Part shown: positions 1-10,300 of the stretch, piece by piece
Numbering within the stretch: position 1 is the stretch's first letter
Layout of the letters: each line of letters begins with the position of its first letter
IMG/VR virus record: IMGVR_UViG_3300022939_000016
Coordinates: 14,730 to 78,729 of that record
DNA: 64,000 bases
Strand: one strand, 5' to 3'
Source of the DNA: a virus
The notes under the pieces: generated by a model
What the model saw: the letters and a program-made list of their open reading frames with translations, nothing else
Told to the model about the DNA's origin: nothing
Database searches by the model: none
Translations under genes and position numbers: made by a program

Positions 1-3000
1 GCTGTAAAAATTGCTGGAGCTGCTATTTCTGGCTTTAGAGATTTAGAAAACAGATTAAAAGACGCAATTAAAGCCGAAGATACAGCCACTGCACAAAAAC
101 TTGCTACAGCCTCTTTAGTTGAACAAAATTGGGGCGGCGCTATCGGCGGTATCGCCTCTGTTCTTGACAACTTATCATCTTCAGGATCTCTCGCTACAGA
201 TACGCTAGCAGCCATAGGCACTGCTTTTGGCGGTACTTCCTCTGCCGCGATCAAGGCAGACGTTGCGGCTAGAATATCTAGCGCAAAAACCGCCAAAGCC
301 CTGACAGAGGCTCAGAAAGCTTCAGCTGAAGCAATGAAAGATCTAGAGAACGGTACTATTTCTGCAAGTCAAGCTCTGGCAAAAGTTCGATCATTTACTC
401 AGCAAGCTGAACAAAATTCTAAGGCGCAAAGAGCTGCTATATCAACCGCCGCCGAAGGCAAGTCTACTGGAGCTTTGAGCTATGGTCGAGAAGCTATGGC
501 TTATCTTAGCTTTGGTTATGTTGATTCTGCTAGACAAAGAAATGAAAAAATTGATGCTGAAAACGAAAAAAGAAGTCAAGACAGCATTAACCAAAGAAGG
601 CAAGCAATAGGTATTCAAAGTCAAGCAAGTATGGCTACTGCTAGAAGCATACTTTCTACTGGTGGAAATATAGATGAGGTTAAACAAAGACTTGGAGATG
701 CTGGCCCTCAAAAACTTAGAGATGAAGCTATAGAGGTTAGACAAAAGGCAATCAAGGCAACCAAGGAAGGCGACACAGAAACAGCAAAGCTGCTTGAAGA
801 AGAAGCGAAAATGCTTTCTGATGAAGCTAGAGCTTTAGAAAAATCTCTCATCAATCTAGCCAAAGAGGTCGAAAAGCAACAAAAATATTTTGCAGCTATG
901 AACCTTGGGCTAAATTCTGCAACTGGCGCTGCTGGAGCTTTTAGTAACGCTATGTCTAATTACGCTGCCGCTCAAGAGGCTGGCAATGTTTCTGTCATGA
1001 GAAGCTTTGCTACTCTTCAAGCCGGTGTGACATCAGCTGCTGCCGGTATGGACCCAGCGGTTTTTCAAAAGGCAGCCTCAGAAGGCGCGAAAGCGTTACG
1101 AGAATTTGGAGCAACGAAAGAGGCTGATAAATTTGAAGCCAACTTAAATGCAATAAATAAAGCGCAAGCAAATGCAGAAGCTGGTTTAAATTCCTTTAGG
1201 AATCAACTAAAAGACAGATCTGATAGCGGCCTTGGTTTAAAAAATGATGAACAAAAATTTGAAGGTTTATTTGATACAATAGTCAAGGGTTCTGGGATTG
1301 GCAAAGAGATGGAAGATCAACTCCGAGACATGCTTGGAGGAATGGACATTGATTATAGCAAGATTGCAAAGGGTGATTTTAGTCAAATCGAAGAAGTATT
1401 CAAACAGCTTGGAGATGAAACGTTACAGCAAGCTAAAGCTGTCATGGAAGCAGAGCAACTGTACCAAGAAACTATTCGCGATGCAGCGCAAAAAAGAGCA
1501 GCCGCTGAAAACGATTTCATTTCAGCTTCAAGACAGAGACAAGATTACCAAAAAGAATCTAGAGAAATTATAGCTTCAGCTGGGGGTCCAGCTTTTACTG
1601 CGCAGCAACAAAGGGAGATGGTTGTTGACCGTTATAATACTGGTAATAAATTTTCTAATCGTGACAATCTTGGTGGTGCTACCGCTAAAGACATTGTTGC
1701 CCAACAAAACGCCCTTAAGCAGCGTCAGGCTGAAATACAAAATGTTAGACTTCAAGCAGCACAAGGCGATGCCAACGCTGAAGCAAAACTTTCTGGAGAA
1801 AGAGGTGTTTCATTATCCAATGAAGAATCTCAAATCAATCAACAAAATCAAGAGCTATATAACTCAACCAAGCAGCTTATTGACATAAAAAGACAAGAAG
1901 TTAAAATTATTCAAGAAAAAAATAGACTTGAAAAACAATCAATGGAGTCTTTGCTTGCTGGTGATATAGATAGCTTTTTTGATGCCCAAGCGTCCCAAGG
2001 AGCCATTGACGCTCTCGCTGGCGGTGGCAACGTCGCTGACTTTGATGCAGACACTTTATATAGTGCGTTTGAGGAGTTAAAAAGACAAGCAGCTGCTGGA
2101 GTTACGGAAGTTAATGGTCAGCAACTGCAAGGGCCGGGAGGTTTACTTGAACGAGCAGCTGCCGCAACCGCCGAAGCTCGCGGTCTTGATCCAGCACAAG
2201 CGGCTCTCGTTGCTCAAAAAGCAGCTGGACAAACACCCGCAGAGCAAGCGGCAAATAATGAAATACAACAATTAGCTGCAACTTTGCCTGCGTTTGGCGA
2301 TATGGCTATGAATTCTTCTCGGGTGCAAATGGCCGCAGCCGAAGCTCAAAGACAAGCGGCTGAGATTCAAAAAGAAGCCGCTGTTAAAAGATCTCAAGAA
2401 AACGCAGAAAGAACATTGCCAAAGCCAGACCAGCAACAGCCTCCACAGCAACAGCCCCCAGCAAGACCTTCTACGCCTCCACCGGGAGCTTCACCTCCCC
2501 CCGCCCCCATTCCTCCCTCTGCGTCTGTTTCTGCGCCGCCGCCACCTTCTGGTTCTAGCTCTTCTGTGGGTTCTACTCCTCCTGCACCCCCGTCTTCTAC
2601 TGCTGACATCGCCGCAGCCGCCGCAGCTGCCGCTAGTCAGATACCTTCTTCAGTTAATGCAAATCAAACGCCACCAACTCAAGACCCGCAAACTATTGGT
2701 CAAGCCATCGCGCAAGCTTTTAGTAACAATGCTCGTGATTTTGCTTCATTTGCAACTGCCGGATATGTTAGACCTAGCCAAGAAAATGAATCGCAGGGCG
2801 TGGGCATTCGCCAACTTGCCAACCTTAATCCAGCTATGGCTCTTGGTAATATGGCGGCTTCTAATCTTGGTTTAGACACTCAAGCCTTAACTTCGTTTAC
2901 TAGCAATCAATTAGAATCTGTCTCTAATTTTGGCGCAGCCGTTAAGCAGTTTGAGTATATTGTTAAAGCTATAAATACAACAAACGGCTCAAATAATACT

Positions 3001-3324
3001 TCTGTTAACAATGGCTCCACTCAAGCTCCAGCTAGCAACAATAATTCTGCTATTGGGTTCGATACTTCTTCTATGAATCAGTTTACTTCAGCCTTAAGTA
3101 AGTTTAACGACACAATACTACAAAGTATAAGCACTCTACAACAAACTAAATTTACTGTTAAGCTAGAACCAACTAATATTAACATTAATTTAACTGGAAC
3201 TTCATTCCTGCAAGCTCTTACTGGCGACCTAAAGTCTAGCTTGTTAAAGATAGTTAGTGAAAAAATAAGAAACCTCAAGGTAGACAGCGCCGGAAGAGTA
3301 ATAGAAAGTAATAGTAATTTGTAA
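1..3324 (+). CDS. Tape-measure-like protein, C-terminal part (5' end outside window)
   Basis: Frame 1 is open from base 1 into the 334..3324 ORF. Long Ala/Gln/Glu-rich helical coiled-coil composition with a Pro-rich linker near the C-terminus, lying directly upstream of large tail genes. Confidence 0.7.
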   Translation, partial: AVKIAGAAISGFRDLENRLKDAIKAEDTATAQKLATASLVEQNWGGAIGGIASVLDNLSSSGSLATDTLAAIGTAFGGTSSAAIKADVAARISSAKTAKALTEAQKASAEAMKDLENGTISASQALAKVRSFTQQAEQNSKAQRAAISTAAEGKSTGALSYGREAMAYLSFGYVDSARQRNEKIDAENEKRSQDSINQRRQAIGIQSQASMATARSILSTGGNIDEVKQRLGDAGPQKLRDEAIEVRQKAIKATKEGDTETAKLLEEEAKMLSDEARALEKSLINLAKEVEKQQKYFAAMNLGLNSATGAAGAFSNAMSNYAAAQEAGNVSVMRSFATLQAGVTSAAAGMDPAVFQKAASEGAKALREFGATKEADKFEANLNAINKAQANAEAGLNSFRNQLKDRSDSGLGLKNDEQKFEGLFDTIVKGSGIGKEMEDQLRDMLGGMDIDYSKIAKGDFSQIEEVFKQLGDETLQQAKAVMEAEQLYQETIRDAAQKRAAAENDFISASRQRQDYQKESREIIASAGGPAFTAQQQREMVVDRYNTGNKFSNRDNLGGATAKDIVAQQNALKQRQAEIQNVRLQAAQGDANAEAKLSGERGVSLSNEESQINQQNQELYNSTKQLIDIKRQEVKIIQEKNRLEKQSMESLLAGDIDSFFDAQASQGAIDALAGGGNVADFDADTLYSAFEELKRQAAAGVTEVNGQQLQGPGGLLERAAAATAEARGLDPAQAALVAQKAAGQTPAEQAANNEIQQLAATLPAFGDMAMNSSRVQMAAAEAQRQAAEIQKEAAVKRSQENAERTLPKPDQQQPPQQQPPARPSTPPPGASPPPAPIPPSASVSAPPPPSGSSSSVGSTPPAPPSSTADIAAAAAAAASQIPSSVNANQTPPTQDPQTIGQAIAQAFSNNARDFASFATAGYVRPSQENESQGVGIRQLANLNPAMALGNMAASNLGLDTQALTSFTSNQLESVSNFGAAVKQFEYIVKAINTTNGSNNTSVNNGSTQAPASNNNSAIGFDTSSMNQFTSALSKFNDTILQSISTLQQTKFTVKLEPTNININLTGTSFLQALTGDLKSSLLKIVSEKIRNLKVDSAGRVIESNSNL

Positions 3325-6300
3325 TGGACGTATGCTTTATATTATCTAATAATAATTCTTCGAAAGCTAGGGGAAGTTTTAAGCTTCTGGCTAAAGATAA
3401 TTTACGTCAAAGAGCTAAAGCTAATTGTAAAATTAACTGTTCGCTAAAAGCTAATATTACTAAAAATGTTTATCTTAAGTCTAGACTAGACAGCCTTGTA
3501 AGATTTAAGACAGCGAGAAAAGATACGCTTTCTGCTTCTGCTAAATTGCCAATATCTTCTAGTATTAGAAGTAAACTTTCAGGAGTTTTTTTAAACTCTT
3601 CGCACATTAAGTGTGAATCAAAGGTTTTAGTATCTTATGTAGATAAATTTAATACAAGTATAACAGTTAAAGATAAACTTCACAAATTTCAACATGTTGA
3701 AAAACTTTATCCCATAGGGGATGTCTCAAATGATTATAATGGTAACTTTATAGTAAACGAAAAAAGAGAAACCGTACTCTATGAAAGCGTCAACGAGGGA
3801 ATATATCTAGGAAATCCCACACAAAATTTTGGCCATAGCGTTTTGGTTTCTGATGAGAAAGAAACATTTATACATCCATCCTCTATTTACTCTACTGGAA
3901 CATTTAAGTATGTATGTGTGGTAGATACTCCTTCTTCCGTTCCCACTCATAGCTTTTTACATATACGAGCCGCTGCTCCAATCAAAAACTATGCTTCTAA
4001 TTTTCCACCTTCTTACAAGCTTTACGAAATATATCTTAGAGATACTGGAGGAAAAGAAGTTGTTAAATATAAGGACGTTACAGTAAAAGGAGACGCTGAT
4101 TATCAAGACTTAAGTAATAAAAATTTTTCTACATACATAGTTGACGAAGAAATCAATAACGCCAGAAGGCTTTTCAGCGACCCCTTATTTCCCACCTTTG
4201 ATAACACCTCTACAAGTATTAAGACTCAGAGTGGCGATATTTTAATCACTCAAGATGGTTCTCAGATAGTTTCCCAAAGGGGAGATTTTACATTAGAGTT
4301 TTTACTTGATATCTACTGTGAAGACAAATCATTTAACGACGGCTTTAGTCACGGTTACGAAGACAGGGTTTGCGAAACAAATTTTTCAAACACCTCTGAG
4401 AACAATCATCTTTCTGTTGCCGGTGGTCCACTTAGTTCTCAGTCTCTGTCTCATCAAATAAATCCTTCTGATCACATTAGAATTACCGCCATAGAAATAG
4501 CAAACTCTGGAAGCTCTTTTGGTTTTTCTGCCTCTGACGCTATACCTCTGTCAGTAGAAGTTGATTCTTCTGGACAGAGGCTTAGTCGTGAGATATTAGT
4601 CAGCAATATTGAACTAAACAATTACACCAATAACATTTATCCCGAAACAATTCATAATTCTTGGGAGTCTATTAATAGCGTTAATAATAGTAGCGAGGAA
4701 GGTTGTTCTGGCATTAGAAATGTTTTAAGGTCTTATGACACAAAAGATTACATTACATTAAACCACACCACCATTTCTGAGTCAGGAAAGTTAATACTAG
4801 AGTTTTCCCACGAACCCCCGCGCCCCATAGAGAGATATATCAACGGCGCTTTTAAAATTGGCTTTAATTCAGAAAATAAAGAGTTTGATTACGCCGGATA
4901 CAAGACGGTACAGGAAACTGATTCTTACTTTGAAATAGATGATATATACCTTAAGGTCATTGCTAAAAAAGATGCAAACAGCACAGAAGATTTTTATCTA
5001 GACGTTGTGGGATATAGTGATGATAATTTCCTTGCTGTTACTTCTAGAGTTGGAGGATTCTTACAAAACATAAGCGGGACAGGAAGCGAACCTCTGGCTT
5101 CTGGTTTTATTAGATCTGACGAGTTATCTATTTCTTCAGAATCATTTTCTGAAAAAGATGAATTTTATGTTCGGTCTGACTTACACAATGCTGGTGGAGA
5201 TCATTACTTGGTAGACCAGTCTAGCTCCGCACATGTAACATCCACAGATTTCCAAGAATATCTCGTACCTTTAAAGATTTACAAAAATTCTATCTTAAAT
5301 AAGAATCAAAACTTTAATATCAGTTCTTTCTTTGAACACTTGCATTTAGATTTATGTCCAATTCCAAGTGGCGCTTCTATAGCATATATATCATTACTTG
5401 CTTTTTACAAGCCCTCAAATGCTATTCCCTTGTACACTCTTGGCTATAAAGGTGCAGAGGTTGGTAGTGCTGACGCTAAACTCTTTCCTTCATCTAGAAA
5501 AGAATACGATAATCCAATTAATACCGGATTAGATTATACGCCCCTTTCTTCTTTAAGCAACATTCCTCATGGCTACGGTTTTGATAGCTCTTTAAAAACA
5601 AATTACTCTCGCAGGTGGAGAAACACAGATGGATTAGTTGCTGTTGGTCCATTTGACTTCAATGGGTTCGATTTTTCCTTTTATAACCCGCAGCTTGCTA
5701 AACCATTTTTTGGTGGATATTTCTCATTCAATGACGATGTTGGAAATAATATTATTTCTGAAGAAATGTATGACTTGGTAACAGTTCAGGGTTCTTATGT
5801 TGGAAATTATGACAAGATTCATAACGTCGGACTAAGGTTTAATTCTAGCTCTCTTTTTAATAATCCAACTAGTCACACCACCATAGACTGGACAAGCATT
5901 AATGGATACCAAAGTGATCCACTGTACGGACAAATAGCTGACTCTTTTGATAATGCGATTAGGGTGTCTGGAGATCTTGGTTATATTTCTTTTCCCACGA
6001 TTGATTTGTCAGATGGCTGTGCTATTTTTGTTAGATTTAGTCCAGACGTTTCAATGAGCGGAATTGACTACAATTTATACAATTCTGGAATTATATTCTC
6101 AAAGCATGATGCAGGAAATAATTTAGAGTTAGCGCTCGGTTATGACAATGGATATTTAACAGCTTACGCGACAGACTCTAGTAATAATATTATCTCTATT
6201 CAGGATTCTATTTCATACTCTAATTATACCTATCCCCTATCGGTCTTAGTTACCTATAATAATAACAATGACAGTAAGTTAGTTCTTTATACAGACAACG

Positions 6301-7343
6301 AAAAAGATTCTTATGGATTTAGCAGACTTAGAGCAGAGTCAGGCGCGTTTGTTATTACTCAGAGCTTGAGTGATTTAACTTTTGGCTTCAGTCACGGCGA
6401 GGGTGTTGGCTTTAATGGATTTATTACAGATATTGCAATTTCTGCGCCAAGCACTCAGGTCATTGATGTTCCACTATCTTTCAATCCAGACACATTTTTA
6501 GATTCTATTCACACGAAATATTGGTCTCAGTCTGAAAGCCACCTACAAGACACCAATACTTCTTGGTCTTATGTAGATAAAGACTTAGACGAATGGCATT
6601 TGGGAGCTTTTAATATCTGTGAATTCTCCCCGTCTTTTGATAGATTTACCAGCAGATTTGGCAAAGATTATGTTATACACAGAATAAAGAGCGACGGAGT
6701 TGCTTATAGTCAACATGCGAATCTTTCTTTACCGCAAAGCGTGGACTCTTCAGCCTCTTATCATACTCAGATTGAAAACGACATGTTGCGATTCCCCCTT
6801 TCTGCTAAACCAGAATCTTTTGCTTCTCCCGGCGTTATGGAGGGCGTTCGTCCTAGAATATCAAACTCATTTGTAAGAGGATATTCTATATTCGAAGAAG
6901 CTTTTGTTGTCGATACTGTTATAGACCACGTAACATATAATGATATCATTTGGGATAATGGTAAAATAGGTCCAAAATTAATTGTTAGTTTATATACTAA
7001 GAATAAGGATGATCCAGAAAAGCCATATAAAAATCTTGGCCTAATTAATCGTTCAACTCACTACTTGGCTCCATCTGGATGTATAAACAAAATTAGCAGC
7101 AAGTTTAGTTTTGAAGATTTATTCAACGAAGATAGTGAGGAGTGGTCTAGCTTCGATCAATCTCAAAATAGCAGTGAGCTTGATAATAAATTTATGTCCA
7201 AAGACATTGAAGACATGTTTCTTCAGTATGACATTGTTTATCCGTCAGGCTTGCCTTATGATTCAAGTTTAAGTATTTATGGAATTACAGTAACATTAAC
7301 AGAAGCTTTACACAAAGCAAGAACTCTTAACAATTTGACATAG
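3324..7343 (+). CDS. Large virion structural protein with LamG/concanavalin-like domain
   Basis: 1339 aa; TAATG overlap with the upstream gene. LamG-like segment (GYISFPTIDLSDGCAIFVRF...IFSKH...VLVTYN...GFNGFITDIAIS). Contains one TQSGDILITQDG motif. Confidence 0.6.
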   Translation: MDVCFILSNNNSSKARGSFKLLAKDNLRQRAKANCKINCSLKANITKNVYLKSRLDSLVRFKTARKDTLSASAKLPISSSIRSKLSGVFLNSSHIKCESKVLVSYVDKFNTSITVKDKLHKFQHVEKLYPIGDVSNDYNGNFIVNEKRETVLYESVNEGIYLGNPTQNFGHSVLVSDEKETFIHPSSIYSTGTFKYVCVVDTPSSVPTHSFLHIRAAAPIKNYASNFPPSYKLYEIYLRDTGGKEVVKYKDVTVKGDADYQDLSNKNFSTYIVDEEINNARRLFSDPLFPTFDNTSTSIKTQSGDILITQDGSQIVSQRGDFTLEFLLDIYCEDKSFNDGFSHGYEDRVCETNFSNTSENNHLSVAGGPLSSQSLSHQINPSDHIRITAIEIANSGSSFGFSASDAIPLSVEVDSSGQRLSREILVSNIELNNYTNNIYPETIHNSWESINSVNNSSEEGCSGIRNVLRSYDTKDYITLNHTTISESGKLILEFSHEPPRPIERYINGAFKIGFNSENKEFDYAGYKTVQETDSYFEIDDIYLKVIAKKDANSTEDFYLDVVGYSDDNFLAVTSRVGGFLQNISGTGSEPLASGFIRSDELSISSESFSEKDEFYVRSDLHNAGGDHYLVDQSSSAHVTSTDFQEYLVPLKIYKNSILNKNQNFNISSFFEHLHLDLCPIPSGASIAYISLLAFYKPSNAIPLYTLGYKGAEVGSADAKLFPSSRKEYDNPINTGLDYTPLSSLSNIPHGYGFDSSLKTNYSRRWRNTDGLVAVGPFDFNGFDFSFYNPQLAKPFFGGYFSFNDDVGNNIISEEMYDLVTVQGSYVGNYDKIHNVGLRFNSSSLFNNPTSHTTIDWTSINGYQSDPLYGQIADSFDNAIRVSGDLGYISFPTIDLSDGCAIFVRFSPDVSMSGIDYNLYNSGIIFSKHDAGNNLELALGYDNGYLTAYATDSSNNIISIQDSISYSNYTYPLSVLVTYNNNNDSKLVLYTDNEKDSYGFSRLRAESGAFVITQSLSDLTFGFSHGEGVGFNGFITDIAISAPSTQVIDVPLSFNPDTFLDSIHTKYWSQSESHLQDTNTSWSYVDKDLDEWHLGAFNICEFSPSFDRFTSRFGKDYVIHRIKSDGVAYSQHANLSLPQSVDSSASYHTQIENDMLRFPLSAKPESFASPGVMEGVRPRISNSFVRGYSIFEEAFVVDTVIDHVTYNDIIWDNGKIGPKLIVSLYTKNKDDPEKPYKNLGLINRSTHYLAPSGCINKISSKFSFEDLFNEDSEEWSSFDQSQNSSELDNKFMSKDIEDMFLQYDIVYPSGLPYDSSLSIYGITVTLTEALHKARTLNNLT

Positions 7344-7352
7344 GATAATAAA

Positions 7353-10300
7353 ATGGCAGGTTTTAATTTATTCGTTGGCGGCGATTACTACCAAAAAGAT
7401 GATATCAATCTTTTTGCCAACGGCAAGGAATATTCTTATGATCAATTAAATTTATATCATTCTGGACAAACACCTCCAGAATATGAAATGAATCTTTATG
7501 CTTCTGGCGATAATGTTTATTACTCCTCAATGTCTCTTCATACCCTAACAACATTTTCTTTTAACAATCCTTTCATAAACCAAGACGATGAAGATGGAGG
7601 AGGGGAAGGAGGAGGCGGTGGAGATGGTGGAGGCGATAATAATCTAGACCCATTTGACTATATGCCCATATTTGTTAATGGTGCTGAAAATATACTTTCA
7701 GATGAAGACAATCCTTATCTCAATCTGTTTGTAGCTAAAGATAATCCACCCGGACTGCCGTTAGACAATTTATTGCATTTAAGCATTGACGTTGCTGACT
7801 ATAGTGTTTCAGAGTCATCATTGATGCTTTCTTTATGGCAGCTTGAGTTTTCAAGAACCCCCGTTGAGACTTCTTCATGTAGCTTATATATTTCTGGCTT
7901 TTTCCAAGAAGCACCCGCAGCCGAAGGGATGTCTCTATATCTTGAAAATTATGTATCATCTCAAGCTATTTCTGATAGCCTTGGTTTATTTTTGGCTAAT
8001 AACTATTTAATTAAATGGGACTCTTATGACTTCGGACTGAATTCTGAGCCTAACGACGATATTTATGCAACCGTTCCCGCCACAGATGCTATTCGTGGCG
8101 TTCAACTTATTTGTTACGGCGCTTGCGGTCAAGGCACTTGTGAAGACGTAAGCGTTGAAACTCATGACACCGTTTGGTTTGATCCAGTTTGTGTTGACGG
8201 TGGTATTTTTAGGGCTTCAGATGTTTATACTAATTTAGATATAGATGCTTTTGGATCTGAAGTTCCTTATAGCGGGCATTTTTATGGTTTTAGAAAACTT
8301 GACAAGTTATTACCTTTGCAAAAATACTTCATAAATATCATAGGCCAATCTGGATCCTCGGCAAAGATTACCGCCCCGAAAGAATTAGCTAGTTGGGAAT
8401 ATACTATTGATGGCAGCGACGTTGCCTACTCTGGATTGAAGCTTATTGGTGATAGTCCATTTGTTCAAAACGGAAGAAATGCTGGAGATCAGTATGGTAG
8501 CAGCCTTTCTATGAATGGAGATTTACTCGCCGTTGGATCCCCCCACTTTTCTTTTCCAGACGAACTGGGATATACTCTTCAAGACGCAGGAACAGTTTTT
8601 CTTTACAGAAGAGGACCAGAGCCTGATTTTGACCAAATTGTTAGCAATAAAGCTGGATGGGATTTAGAAGGACAGCTGAGACTTCCATCTGGAATACTGA
8701 GAGATTATTATACTGATACTCCAACAACGCAGGAAGATGGTATTGATATCGTTTTGAGAAATTGGAATCTTGGTCAAGAGGGCAGAAATTTTGGAAGTAG
8801 TGTTCACGTATGCTCTATTACAAATGATGACCCTTGGATTACTAGTGACAATAGAGAAATAATTGCCGTTTCTGCTCCAAACGCCCAGTGGTCTAGAACA
8901 TTTCCCGACCTACAAATACAAAGCAACGACATCATTTTCTTTGTTTTTACCGACGAATTCCTGCCCAGCTTTACTGTCACAATAAGGGGTGAAGAATACA
9001 CGTTGACCTATAGAGACATTGTTAAATCCATTACTTCTAAAAATCTATTGTATACTTATTACTCGCTACCAACCATCTCTTTGAATATAAATATCGTAAT
9101 CTTCCATCCGATTGATGCAGACATACAGCCAAGTCCAAGTTTTCCAGAACCACAACCTTCTTTTATTGTCAAAAAACCAATCACTAGACACAGAGAAGAG
9201 GCTTATGGCAGTCAAGAATTCTTAGATATAGATGACGAAATATTAGAGCAAATAAAAAATGTTTTCTATGAACTTTATCCATATGATACAAACAAGCAGC
9301 ACAATAATATACCAGCCATTCTTGGGGTTTATGTTGATAATTCTAGATCTTTGGGTTCTCAAGCAATAGAGCCAGCCCTTAGTAGGTTTAAAGAGCATTA
9401 CCAAGAATACGCCTTTCAAAGTGGCGTTGCGGATGTTTTTGGAAACCCTTCCTCTGGAGCCGTGCTTTCTACCACCTCTTTGGATGAAAATTGGATTTTA
9501 CAAACAACTACTGTTATTGACTTCACACTAGATAGCGGAAGACTTGCTACTAATAATCATTTAAGCCTTTTGACAGACCCTTCTACTTTTGGAGTTTTCA
9601 ATGAAAATCTCCCCGAGTTTAACATTCCACCCAGCAGCGGTGGTTGTGTTTACTTATTCGAAAAAGAATCTGATTCTTGGAATTTGATTCAACAAATTAA
9701 TTCTCCCACCGAAGATAATACTATCACTCCTGACCTGTTTGGTAAATCTATTAAGATGAGTGAGGATGGGTCTATTTTGGCGGTAGGATCGCCATATATC
9801 AATGAAGCCATAATGGTTTACGAAAGAGATCCAAGAGAACAGAATAGAATGTATAGCAATATTGAAAGTTGGGTAGATTATCATTTAGAAAAAGACGAGC
9901 TAAACGAAAGATACGCTTATTTAAAATTCACTATAGAAAATTTGAGAGCTTCTGGTAATTTTACAGATGGAGATTCTGGTGTATATAGATCTTTATTCTT
10001 TGAGCTTTCACATCAGGAAAAATACGATTACAGAAATGATTATGATTTCTGGGGTGATAAACCAATACAAGAATACAAGCACAATTTCACCTATCGTTAT
10101 ACAGACATTGACTACAAGGGTACTTACCTAAGCTTATTAGAAGAGTTTGCGCCAACTTCTAGAATGGGATACAGCGTAGCCGTAGAAGACGCTGGAGAAT
10201 CTGTTGCGTTCGGTTGTCCAACCGATAGCTTGGACGAGCTAGATGACACAAACTCATACTATCACCCAGATAATTCCGGGCAGATACTATGGCCTTCCTA

